A model generated the notes under the pieces. That model worked only from the letters and a program-made list of their open reading frames with translations. It was not told the origin of the DNA and searched no databases. This document shows, one piece after another, positions 8,076 to 16,647 of a stretch of 60,040 bases of DNA. Each line of letters starts with the position of its first letter. The stretch's first letter is position 1. A program made the position numbers and the translations under genes. The stretch is from the NCBI GenBank assembly GCA_000993275.1, contig LBVV01000003.1, positions 1 to 60,040 on the forward strand. The letters are read 5' to 3'. Source of the stretch: a candidate division CPR2 bacterium GW2011_GWC2_39_10 (GTDB lineage Bacteria > Patescibacteriota > CPR2).

Positions 8076-8297
8076 TTACTTATGACTGTGGTGGCAGGAA
8101 GATGCAAGCCGGATAATTTCTAAAGCGTCTTCTTCCGGCAGTTTATTAATTCCTAGGTCGTCATGGGCCATTATCCAATCTCCCACTTTTAGTTTTGGAA
8201 TTAAAACAATATTAATTTTGTGATTGTGTCCTTCGAAATCTACCAAGGCAAATTTATCTTCAATTTTTTTTACTTTTCCAGGGATAGCTAAACACAT
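8076..8297 (-). CDS. hypC: [NiFe]-hydrogenase maturation chaperone HypC/HupF family
   Basis: Canonical N-terminus MCLAIPGKV. GGAGG lies 5 nt upstream of ATG 8297, immediately after the large-subunit stop. The ORF-track start at 8330 is probably too far upstream. Confidence 0.85.
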   Translation of the reverse strand: MCLAIPGKVKKIEDKFALVDFEGHNHKINIVLIPKLKVGDWIMAHDDLGINKLPEEDALEIIRLASSCHHSHK

Positions 8298-8305
8298 TTT
8301 ACCTC

Positions 8306-9544
8306 CTAATGAACCGAGCAGGTAATGCAAGGATCGTAAGCCCTTATTAACATTTCTATTTGCCTTTCTTGTTCTTTCCTTGACAAGTGATGGCTGATTT
8401 TTAGTAGTTCATCTGCATCATCTTCAATACTGGTTAGATTTTGAGCCGTTGGAGTTATAATGTCGCAATTTACGATAATGCCTTTTGAGTTTAACTCGTA
8501 ATAATGAAATAGAAGTCCTCTGGGCGCCTCAATGCAACCGGCCCCTTTGCCCGATTTTACCTCATAATTAATGCGTGAAGCAGAAACATCCGCTCCTTTT
8601 ACTTTATCAATAAGCAAAATTATTTCTTCCATGAAATGCACCATTTCAACCGCCTGGGCTAAATTATTCTTAAAAGGGTTATTGGACGGAAACTGCCCCT
8701 TGGCAATTTCCAATGCCATTTTATTTAATAACTGAAATTTTAGATTGACTCTGGCAATTGATCCCACCATAAAGCCCTTGCCGTCTTTGGTAGAAAATTT
8801 AGCGGTGGAGTAAGAATTAACTTTTTCGGAGATATTTTTTTGATAATCCGAAACCTTAAAATTTTTTCCCGCGGAAGATACAACCTCTTCGCCAATTAAC
8901 GGGTAGGACGAATCCTGAAGCGACAGATATTCCCTCTCCCTTTCCATGTGCGGATAATGAAATTTGGCAAAAAGCTTAGCCGCCTCAACTGCGTGAACCA
9001 AGTTTTTTTCTAATCTGTTCCTATAAAGCAAAAGCTTTCGATAATCCGGCAATTTTGTAAAGCCGCCGACAACCGGCGTTACCGGGTGGATCGACCTTCC
9101 GCCAATAAGCTCTATTCCCTCGTCGGCGAGTCGCTTTAAATCCAGGACTATTTGAAAAACTTCCGGATTTTTTTCCGCAAGATCTAGGGCAGAATCAATA
9201 TTTAAATAATCGGGAGCCGCCAAAAAAAACAGATGAAGAACATGGCTTTGAAAAATTTGAAGCGACAGCATTATTCTTCGATAATCGGCAATGTATTCCG
9301 GTACTTTTATATCTAAGGCGTTTTCTAAAGCATCAATAGCGGCAAAAGTATGGGCTGTTGGGCAAACTCCGCAGATTCTAGCCGATATCAAGGGCGCATC
9401 TTCGTAAATTCTACCCAAAACTAACCCCTCAAATAAACGTTCGCCTTCATCAACATGAAGCTCGGCCCGCTCTTTGGAAAAATCCACCTTTAATTTGCCG
9501 TGACCTTCTATTTTGGTTATGTAATGTCCTAAGATTTCCTTCAT
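8306..9544 (-). CDS. hydA: [NiFe]-hydrogenase large (alpha) subunit, group 3b-like
   Basis: N-terminal RICGVCPTAH and C-terminal DPCITCSVH nickel-binding motifs, 412 aa. Gene order beta-gamma-delta-alpha matches sulfhydrogenase-type enzymes. Confidence 0.9.
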   Translation of the reverse strand: MKEILGHYITKIEGHGKLKVDFSKERAELHVDEGERLFEGLVLGRIYEDAPLISARICGVCPTAHTFAAIDALENALDIKVPEYIADYRRIMLSLQIFQSHVLHLFFLAAPDYLNIDSALDLAEKNPEVFQIVLDLKRLADEGIELIGGRSIHPVTPVVGGFTKLPDYRKLLLYRNRLEKNLVHAVEAAKLFAKFHYPHMEREREYLSLQDSSYPLIGEEVVSSAGKNFKVSDYQKNISEKVNSYSTAKFSTKDGKGFMVGSIARVNLKFQLLNKMALEIAKGQFPSNNPFKNNLAQAVEMVHFMEEIILLIDKVKGADVSASRINYEVKSGKGAGCIEAPRGLLFHYYELNSKGIIVNCDIITPTAQNLTSIEDDADELLKISHHLSRKEQERQIEMLIRAYDPCITCSVH

Positions 9545-9577
9545 TTTTTCTCCCTAAAAATTTAACTTCCTTATTTT

Positions 9578-9610
9578 CCCTCTCCCGGGGGAGAGGGTTA
9601 GGGTGAGGGG
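9578..9610. repeat. CCCTCTCCC-GGG-GGAGAGGG hairpin plus GTTAGGGTGAGGGG tail (dispersed repeat)
   Basis: A related copy lies in inverse orientation at ~52700-52737 (cccctcccctaacccctcccaaagggagggg). It overlaps the last codons and stop of the small-subunit ORF. Confidence 0.7.
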
Positions 9611-10359
9611 TCTTTATTCTCCTCTTCCATTGAAGGGTTGGTGATAAAAAAGTGCATTTGACGGTTAGCTTCGTCCCTCCCCACCACTTCCACAAGATGT
9701 TTTTTAAAAGATTCGATGTTTGCACCTTTAGCGGGACCAAAACAACCATAGCATCTATGCGAAACCGATGGGCATAAGGCATCGCAGCCGCCTTTGGTTA
9801 TTGGCCCTAAGCATGGTTTATCCTCCAGTAGCAAACAGTGGTTTTCCTTGGCCTTGCACTCAAGGCAAACCGGGTAGGCTTTGGGAGAGAGAACTTTTCC
9901 CCAAATTAAGCCGGAAACAACATACTCTAACTCTTTTTGCGTTACCGGGCAACCGCGAATATGATAATCGATATTAATATAGTGGCTTAAGGGATAAACT
10001 TTTTTTACCGCTAATTCGTAATTTTTACCATATATTTTTCTAGCTAATGCTTCCCTTTCTCCGGAGCTAACAATGCCCGGAATTCCTGCAAGCGAAGCGC
10101 AATCGCCCAAAGCAACAACTGCTCCGCTAGACTGCCGAATTTCTTTTATCATTTCAATGTCATCCTGTGTTAAAGGGCTTCCCTCTATAAATGCAACGTC
10201 AAATGGGCCGTTATCATTTTTTGCTTTGGCCAAACGCCAATTGGTAATTTCGATACTTTTTGCAAGATCCAATAATTTTTCCCTAAAAGCCAAAAACTGC
10301 AGCTCGCAACCTTCGCAATCCGTTAAGTCAAATATGGCAACTTTAATTTTGTTTTTCAT
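9598..10359 (-). CDS. hydD: [NiFe]-hydrogenase small (delta) subunit, group 3-type
   Basis: N-terminus MKNKIKVAIFDLTDCEGCELQFL, further Cys clusters, 253 aa. Confidence 0.85.
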   Translation of the reverse strand: MKNKIKVAIFDLTDCEGCELQFLAFREKLLDLAKSIEITNWRLAKAKNDNGPFDVAFIEGSPLTQDDIEMIKEIRQSSGAVVALGDCASLAGIPGIVSSGEREALARKIYGKNYELAVKKVYPLSHYINIDYHIRGCPVTQKELEYVVSGLIWGKVLSPKAYPVCLECKAKENHCLLLEDKPCLGPITKGGCDALCPSVSHRCYGCFGPAKGANIESFKKHLVEVVGRDEANRQMHFFITNPSMEEENKDPSP

Positions 10360-10447
10360 GTATTTTCCTAATTGATTTTATGTTTTGAATTTTTGTCATT
10401 TGAATTTGTTTAGAAATTAGAAATTTGGATTTAGAAATTATATTTTT

Positions 10448-11269
10448 TTATACTGCTTCAAAATTATCTTTAATTTGATTATAAGAGAAAACCGGTCCGT
10501 CAATGCATGCGTATTTTTCACCGCAAGTACAATGCTGGCATTTGCCAATACCGCATTTCATTCGCCGCTCTAAGGACAAGTAAATATTTTTATCGGCCAT
10601 TCCCTTTGCCTTAAGTTCGACCAAAACAAATTTGAACATCACCGGCGAACCGCAAGTGATGGCTATTGCCGACTTACTTGTTTTGACATGATCAAACAAG
10701 GTAGTGACTACTCCGGTTTCGCCTTGCCAATTTTTATCAGACATATCGACGGTAAGTAATACTTTCATATTCTTTTGCCAATCCATTAAATCCTTCTTAA
10801 ACAACAGCTCTTGCGAATTTCTGGCACCATAAAGAAAATATAGCTTGCCATATTTATCACGTTCATAAATCATGGTATTCACAACCGATCTTAAAGGTGC
10901 CGCACCGCAGCCTCCGGCAACAATTATAATATCTTTGTCATAGAACTTTGATAGATCGAAACCATTTCCGTAAGGGCCCCTTATTCCCACTTTGCCGCCT
11001 ACATTTAAGCCAAAAAGGGCGGTGGTGACCGAACCAACCTTATTTACCAAAAGCTCAAAATGATCCCGCTTTCTTGGAGAAGAGCAAATAGAAACCGCAA
11101 ATTCGCCATGTCCCGGTATGGATAAAAAAACAAATTGCCCGGGAACAAAAGTAAACTTTCTTTGATCGCTTTCTTTTAGAAACCTAATACCAAAAAAGCG
11201 CTTTCCTGGAGCCATTTCCTCTATCCAAAGAATTTGGGCGTCACTTAACTCGTAGTGGTTTTTTCCCAC
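10448..11269 (-). CDS. hydG: Hydrogenase gamma subunit: FAD/NAD(P)-binding oxidoreductase with C-terminal 2Fe-2S cluster
   Basis: Ferredoxin-reductase-like layout with a C-terminal CGIGKCQHCTC motif. It probably starts at GTG and overlaps hydB by 29 nt. Confidence 0.8.
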   Translation of the reverse strand: MGKNHYELSDAQILWIEEMAPGKRFFGIRFLKESDQRKFTFVPGQFVFLSIPGHGEFAVSICSSPRKRDHFELLVNKVGSVTTALFGLNVGGKVGIRGPYGNGFDLSKFYDKDIIIVAGGCGAAPLRSVVNTMIYERDKYGKLYFLYGARNSQELLFKKDLMDWQKNMKVLLTVDMSDKNWQGETGVVTTLFDHVKTSKSAIAITCGSPVMFKFVLVELKAKGMADKNIYLSLERRMKCGIGKCQHCTCGEKYACIDGPVFSYNQIKDNFEAV

Positions 11270-12194
11270 GCTTTCCCTCCATTTCTAAAACTACGTCCTC
11301 TAAAACTTCCAAATAATTTATTCTGGCCGGACAATAAACAATACACCTGGAACAACCCACACAACCCAACTTACCATATTCCTTGGGCATCCGCACAAAC
11401 TTATGATAATACCAATTATAAATCCGTTTTTTTAATTCCGGTCTAAAATTAAAACCTCCGCCAATTTCGGTAAACGCGGAAAGCATGCAGGAGTCCCAAC
11501 ACCGCGTCCTGGTACTATTGCCTTTAAGATCGAAGCTATCTTGAACATCGAAGCAATAACAAGTCGGGCAAACATAACTGCATATTCCGCATCCGAAGCA
11601 ACGCTGAGACAAATCGTCCCAAATTTTACTGCCGTAGCTTTTTTCTACCGCCTCAGACAAACGCTTATGAGATAAAATGTCATCAAAATGAAATAAGTTT
11701 TTTTCAGAAGTAATTTTACTGTTTTTGATTAGAAGCGGCGTGCCGGCAAGCTTTAAGCCCAAAGGCGATCCAACCGTAACCAAAAAATAATCATCAATAA
11801 CCTGAAGGTACAAATCATATCCATCTTTTGGGGCCGTAAAATGATCCATGCCCACAATTAAAAATTGTTCCCTGACATCAAAATATTCCTGATCTATTAT
11901 TGGGTACTTAAAAACCTTATCAAGTATGGCAATTCCGGCAATATCGCTAAAATGAAGACCGACCAAAGCTTTATCTTTTTTCCCGGGTCCTAAAAACAAC
12001 TCCCGTTTATATGGAAAAATAAATTTTTTCGGTCCTTGAGGGGATAATCTGGGATTAAAAGCAACATACTTGGCAGCCACTTTCTCGAAATGGGCTTCGT
12101 GCTGAGTTTCTGATACGGGCGCAAAAAGCTCATATTTACCCTCCAAATATTCAAAAAAAAGTGTTAAATTTTCTTCTCTTAAAATAAATGTCAT
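11241..12194 (-). CDS. hydB: Hydrogenase beta subunit, 4Fe-4S ferredoxin-domain protein
   Basis: CFGCGICSYVCPTCYC and CVGCSRCIVYCP cluster motifs. Its start overlaps the stop of the upstream receiver gene (ATGA). Confidence 0.8.
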   Translation of the reverse strand: MTFILREENLTLFFEYLEGKYELFAPVSETQHEAHFEKVAAKYVAFNPRLSPQGPKKFIFPYKRELFLGPGKKDKALVGLHFSDIAGIAILDKVFKYPIIDQEYFDVREQFLIVGMDHFTAPKDGYDLYLQVIDDYFLVTVGSPLGLKLAGTPLLIKNSKITSEKNLFHFDDILSHKRLSEAVEKSYGSKIWDDLSQRCFGCGICSYVCPTCYCFDVQDSFDLKGNSTRTRCWDSCMLSAFTEIGGGFNFRPELKKRIYNWYYHKFVRMPKEYGKLGCVGCSRCIVYCPARINYLEVLEDVVLEMEGKRGKKPLRVK

Positions 12195-12571
12195 TTTTTC
12201 TCTAAAATACCGGCAATGCGCTCCATTACTTCCGCCATAGTAGCTTGGGATTTAACAATGTAGTCAGAAGCGCCAAATTCTTTTGCTTTGTTCATGGTAT
12301 CCTCATCGGAAAGTGCAGATAAAACAATTATCTTGATGTCTTTTGTTTCCGGCGTGGCCTTTAGGATGTCTAAAACATTAAGGCCATGGATCATGGGCAT
12401 CATTATATCAAGCAAAATTAATTCCGGCTTTAACTCTACGGCCCTCGATAATCCCTCCTCGCCTTGGTTTGCGGTAAAAACCTCGTACCCTTCTTGCTCT
12501 AAAGTTAGTTTATATAGTTGACATAACCCCGCATCATCATCTACAACCAGAACCTTTCCTTTTTTACTCAT
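12191..12571 (-). CDS. Stand-alone response-regulator receiver domain (CheY-like, no output domain)
   Basis: VLVVDDD ... LDIMMP ... receiver motifs, 126 aa. Confidence 0.85.
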   Translation of the reverse strand: MSKKGKVLVVDDDAGLCQLYKLTLEQEGYEVFTANQGEEGLSRAVELKPELILLDIMMPMIHGLNVLDILKATPETKDIKIIVLSALSDEDTMNKAKEFGASDYIVKSQATMAEVMERIAGILEKK

Positions 12572-12610
12572 ATTTTTATTCTCCTCTCATTTACTATTTT
12601 AACGTTATTT

Positions 12611-14287
12611 TTAAAATGAGCCAATGAAATTTTTTAATTCCTCTTCGGAAGCCATTTGAATGTCATCTTCATTCTTATATTCTTTCGGAAAATGAACCCT
12701 AAAAGTTGTACCAATCTTTTTGTTTAAAACGCACTCCACTTTCCCGCCTAGCCTTTCAGTTAAATTTTTAACTATATAAAGACCCAAGCCCGTACCTTGA
12801 GTTTTTCGGGTTTCCCAATTTTCCATTCGGTAAAATTTTTCGAATATGTGCCTTCTGGCAGATGGCTCTATCCCCACTCCGCTATCCGAAACATCCACAA
12901 TTAAATATTTAGAATCTTCGTCCAAGGTTACTCTAACCCAACCTTTATCCGTAAATTTGATCGCATTTTGAATTAAGTTAGTCACAATTTGGACAATTTT
13001 GTTTTCGTCGGTAACGATAGCTTCGGCATTGGTAATTTTATTTTTAAAACTAACTTCAATATTCTTTTCCCTGGCTTTCGTTTCAAAAGACTTAATAATA
13101 GTTGATATTACTACGCCGAGGTTCACTTTTTTTAATGCAACGCTAACACTTTTGCCGTCAATATTGTAAACCGTTAAAATATCGTTGGTAAGGTTAATTA
13201 GATGGATAGCCGAATTATGAGCAGCCTTAACATTTTCGATAATGTTCGGTTCTACTCCTTCAAGTTGCTTTAGGGCTAAAAATAAGTATCCTTCAATTTG
13301 AGCAAGCGGAGTCCGCATCTCGTGCGATGCCACGGCCACAAACTCGGTACTTCTATCTTCAAGCATCTTATCGCGGGTAATATCCCTAAACAGAACTATT
13401 AAAGTTGTCATTTCCGCACCATGATAAACCGGGTTTAAATGAATATAAAAACGGTACCAGCTATTTTTCCTTTTAAAATATAGATCTGAGCGAATAAGTC
13501 TTGGCGTCTTTTCTTTAAATATCTTATACAAATCGATAGCAATTTTATCCTCGTCGTACAAAGAAAAAACGTCGGCTAAGATTTTGCCCTGAAGGTCTTT
13601 AGTTCCCAAAAGCTCTGCTGCACTTTTATTATGTAAAAATATTTTGCCATCTTTGTCACAGCTTAAAATTCCGTCCCCCAAAGAGTCAATCAAATCCAAA
13701 GATTCTTTTTTGTCGGCTATTATTTTTTTATTTAAATTTTCAAGTTCCAGTTTTTGGTCCCGCATAGATAGCGAGAAGCTGGCAAAGATACGGCTAACGG
13801 CTGCGATGGCAATTAAACTGTAGGTCTGGATAAGCAATATAAACGGCAATCCCCCGGAACCCCTCCACGAAAAAAATGCAACCACATTTAAAAGAATGAT
13901 GCAAGCAACCGTTATAATTGATAATTGACGCAAATTAAAAATATAGGCATCAATCATTATGAGTAAATAAAGATAGATAAGCAAAAAGGAGCCATATTTG
14001 CCAAGACCCATAACGGCAAAGGCGCTGCCGGTAAGGTACACAAGATCGGGCAGCAGAACAAATTTCGGGTTCAGATAAAGCCGCGGAAAATTATAATATA
14101 CAACTGTAAATAGCAGAACTCCCCCAAATATGCCCAGAATCTGTAGCCTGGGAATTTCGGAAGCCGGTATAAGAAAAATGCCGACAATAAGAACAAATAA
14201 AGCCAGTTCGGCAACTATGCCCGATAACTTTTGAGCTTTTTCTAATTCAAAAAATACATCGCTATGTTTTCGCTTTGTCATCAACAA
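12611..14287 (-). CDS. Membrane-bound PAS sensor histidine kinase
   Basis: About 6 N-terminal TM helices, a PAS-like region, H-box SHEMRTPL, N-box NLIQNAIKFT, and G-boxes DSGVGI and GTGLGL. Confidence 0.85.
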   Translation of the reverse strand: MLMTKRKHSDVFFELEKAQKLSGIVAELALFVLIVGIFLIPASEIPRLQILGIFGGVLLFTVVYYNFPRLYLNPKFVLLPDLVYLTGSAFAVMGLGKYGSFLLIYLYLLIMIDAYIFNLRQLSIITVACIILLNVVAFFSWRGSGGLPFILLIQTYSLIAIAAVSRIFASFSLSMRDQKLELENLNKKIIADKKESLDLIDSLGDGILSCDKDGKIFLHNKSAAELLGTKDLQGKILADVFSLYDEDKIAIDLYKIFKEKTPRLIRSDLYFKRKNSWYRFYIHLNPVYHGAEMTTLIVLFRDITRDKMLEDRSTEFVAVASHEMRTPLAQIEGYLFLALKQLEGVEPNIIENVKAAHNSAIHLINLTNDILTVYNIDGKSVSVALKKVNLGVVISTIIKSFETKAREKNIEVSFKNKITNAEAIVTDENKIVQIVTNLIQNAIKFTDKGWVRVTLDEDSKYLIVDVSDSGVGIEPSARRHIFEKFYRMENWETRKTQGTGLGLYIVKNLTERLGGKVECVLNKKIGTTFRVHFPKEYKNEDDIQMASEEELKNFIGSF

Positions 14288-14636
14288 TTGACCTAACCCT
14301 TTTAATAATATCCCCTATCGTATTTTCGGATTTGACCAAATAGTCGCAGGCTCCAAGAATGGAAGCATGTTTCATTGCAGATGAATTTTTGAGGTCGGAA
14401 ACGATGACAACCGGAATTCCATCCTTTGCTTTTTTCAGTTCATCAAAAATATTTAAGTTATCAAAATCTGCCGTCATAATATCAAGAAGCACTAAATCGT
14501 AACTATCTCTCTTCAAAAGCTCTATTGCCTGGTCTAGGTTTTCGGCTTCTTGAACCTCGATTTTTTGAAATGCGATAGCTACCTTGTAAAGATAGCGCGT
14601 TCCTTCATCGCTTTCCACCAATAATACTTTAGCCAT
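14262..14636 (-). CDS. Stand-alone response-regulator receiver domain
   Basis: MAKVLLVESDE ... LLDIMT receiver pattern. The likely start is ATG 14636 rather than the ORF-track 14687. The 3' end overlaps the kinase start. Confidence 0.8.
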   Translation of the reverse strand: MAKVLLVESDEGTRYLYKVAIAFQKIEVQEAENLDQAIELLKRDSYDLVLLDIMTADFDNLNIFDELKKAKDGIPVVIVSDLKNSSAMKHASILGACDYLVKSENTIGDIIKRVRSIVDDKAKT

Positions 14637-14744
14637 ATAAAATACCCTCCGTTTTATTAAGTATAATGGAAGTAACTCAAAAAACAAAGAACAATAAGCC
14701 GAGTTTGTCGAAGATTATCTGTTAACTTTGTATATTTTAAATTT

Positions 14745-14765
14745 AAAAGCCCCTCTTCGGGGCCT
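14745..14765 (-). terminator. Rho-independent terminator after the 279-aa ORF, upstream of the hydrogenase operon
   Basis: On the minus strand: GGCCCC-GAAGA-GGGGC followed by TTTTAAAT. Confidence 0.65.
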
Positions 14766-14801
14766 TAGTTGTTTATTGTTTATTGTTTATTGTTTCTTTT
14801 C

Positions 14802-15641
14802 TTAGTTGATGTCCTTAGCTAGTGTAATTGCGTAATATCCGTCGAGAGTTTGATATTTTGATATTACATCGATACCCGCTACATCATTATTTTCTAAGAT
14901 TTCATGGATATAGTCTTTTGCAGTTGCAATATCCAATATCCCATCGGCAGAATCAAGACGATTATGAATGTAGCCGCCACAGCCATTGCCATGGTTAATA
15001 ACGATACAAGTTTTGGCACCGGTTTCTTTACATGCTTCGATAAGTTGCAGAGTGGCATAATTTTCGATTGTCTTGTTAAATCTGCCGGCAAAAATACCAA
15101 TATTGCCCGGGCTCCCAAGCACAAAAGGCATTTCATTTTTTTCAAGCAGCCGCGAAATGTTAAACCAGGCGAAACGAAAATCAACGCATTGACGTAAAAT
15201 AACTCCAAAACTGCTATAGTCAATTTCGACTTCATCAATTCTGCCAATCACTTCTATGTCTTTATCAATAACAAAACCGGCAATTAGTTTTTTTAAATCT
15301 TCCAGATCCTTATAAACATCTCTGCCGGGGGTGAACGCAAGTCCTTTTCCGGGAAGAACAATTTCTACAGTCTCGATAGAATCGGCATGCAAAGCAATGC
15401 CAAGATTCCGGATCATTGTTTTCTTAATAGTTTTGCCGGCCAAGCCTAAAAATGACTCATGGATTGCCGGACTAGAATAAGTGTACGGATGAAGACGATC
15501 TTTTTTATATGCTTTTTGTACCGCATCCCAACATATTTCCGGAGTTGTGATAATTATTCTTTTTGGGGGCTCGGCCCTTGTTGCCAAAATTTCTTCACGT
15601 CTCTTTTTGGTTTTGTGTTGAATATCGGTTGAAGTAGTCAT
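14802..15641 (-). CDS. Hypothetical cytoplasmic protein (279 aa), family not recognised
   Basis: Long ORF with coding-like composition. It contains IVINHGNGCGGYIH. It is bounded by repeat arrays and a terminator. Confidence 0.55.
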   Translation of the reverse strand: MTTSTDIQHKTKKRREEILATRAEPPKRIIITTPEICWDAVQKAYKKDRLHPYTYSSPAIHESFLGLAGKTIKKTMIRNLGIALHADSIETVEIVLPGKGLAFTPGRDVYKDLEDLKKLIAGFVIDKDIEVIGRIDEVEIDYSSFGVILRQCVDFRFAWFNISRLLEKNEMPFVLGSPGNIGIFAGRFNKTIENYATLQLIEACKETGAKTCIVINHGNGCGGYIHNRLDSADGILDIATAKDYIHEILENNDVAGIDVISKYQTLDGYYAITLAKDIN

Positions 15642-15836
15642 AAGTCTCCTTTTGTTTTTTAAGCTGCCATGTTTTTACTATACAAAGAGATATTTTAAAG
15701 CTTAAATCGGTTAAAGTCAAGAACAAGAAACAATAAGCAATAAACAAAGAGCAACAAGCAGAAAAAAGTGACATTACATCAGACAATGAATGAGAATGTT
15801 CTCTTGCTTATTGTTTATTGTTATTTGTTTATTGGT

Positions 15837-16640
15837 TTACAGCCATTCTACCTTACGGTTATTCAAATCTTCCGTCATTTTTTTTATGTCTTTTTCAAGA
15901 CTGACTAATCTTTGCAGTTCCTGCTCGCTAACGATATCTTTTAAAATATCCTCCGACAAAACAGTGGGAGATTCTATCTTAAAATCAGCCAGTTTTTTCT
16001 TTTCGACGTCAATTTTGGCAGTATCTTTAGCCTCAACGGCTTTTGTTAGGTTTTCTATTATTGATGACAGACCCTTAAGTTTACCAATTAAGCTTTCATG
16101 AAATTTCTTAAACGCCGGTGCGGGCTTTGTCTTCTCTAGGTCAGAAATGTCCTTAATCATCATTTCTCGCCATCTGGCAAAATCTCCAAGAGGGTCGGCG
16201 GCTTGAATTTCCTGGCCCTGAATGTCTTTTTTTACTTTTTCAATTTTTAGGGCATATTCCGAAATAGTAATTGAGTTGGTTGAAATTTTTTCGGAAATTC
16301 GGTAATAATCAATTGTTTTTTGCTTTAAATATATTCCGCCAACCGTCGGCCTTAATTTTTTGGCCTTCTCTTTTGAGCTTGTCGATATATCTTTCATCTT
16401 GCGGTAGAAATTAAGGTCTTTGCCCAAGTCAATTGTGCCGTCACCCGTCACAAAAGTTGAAGCCGTCCAAGTTTTGGCCGACTCATTTATGAGGGCAGAA
16501 ACATCAGCCGAAAACTGTAGGTTGCTTCGACCCTTAAAATAGCCGTAAAATATATAAATTACAACGAGACAAACAATAGATGCTACATAAATCTTTCGCA
16601 TCTTGGGGTCAATTTTTTTTCGCCGTTTCCTTTTCGCCAT
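15837..16640 (-). CDS. Hypothetical membrane-anchored coiled-coil protein
   Basis: Lys/Arg-rich N-terminus followed by one TM helix (IYVASIVCLVVIYIFYGYF). The remainder is charged and helical. Confidence 0.55.
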   Translation of the reverse strand: MAKRKRRKKIDPKMRKIYVASIVCLVVIYIFYGYFKGRSNLQFSADVSALINESAKTWTASTFVTGDGTIDLGKDLNFYRKMKDISTSSKEKAKKLRPTVGGIYLKQKTIDYYRISEKISTNSITISEYALKIEKVKKDIQGQEIQAADPLGDFARWREMMIKDISDLEKTKPAPAFKKFHESLIGKLKGLSSIIENLTKAVEAKDTAKIDVEKKKLADFKIESPTVLSEDILKDIVSEQELQRLVSLEKDIKKMTEDLNNRKVEWL

Positions 16641-16647
16641 GCTTTAA

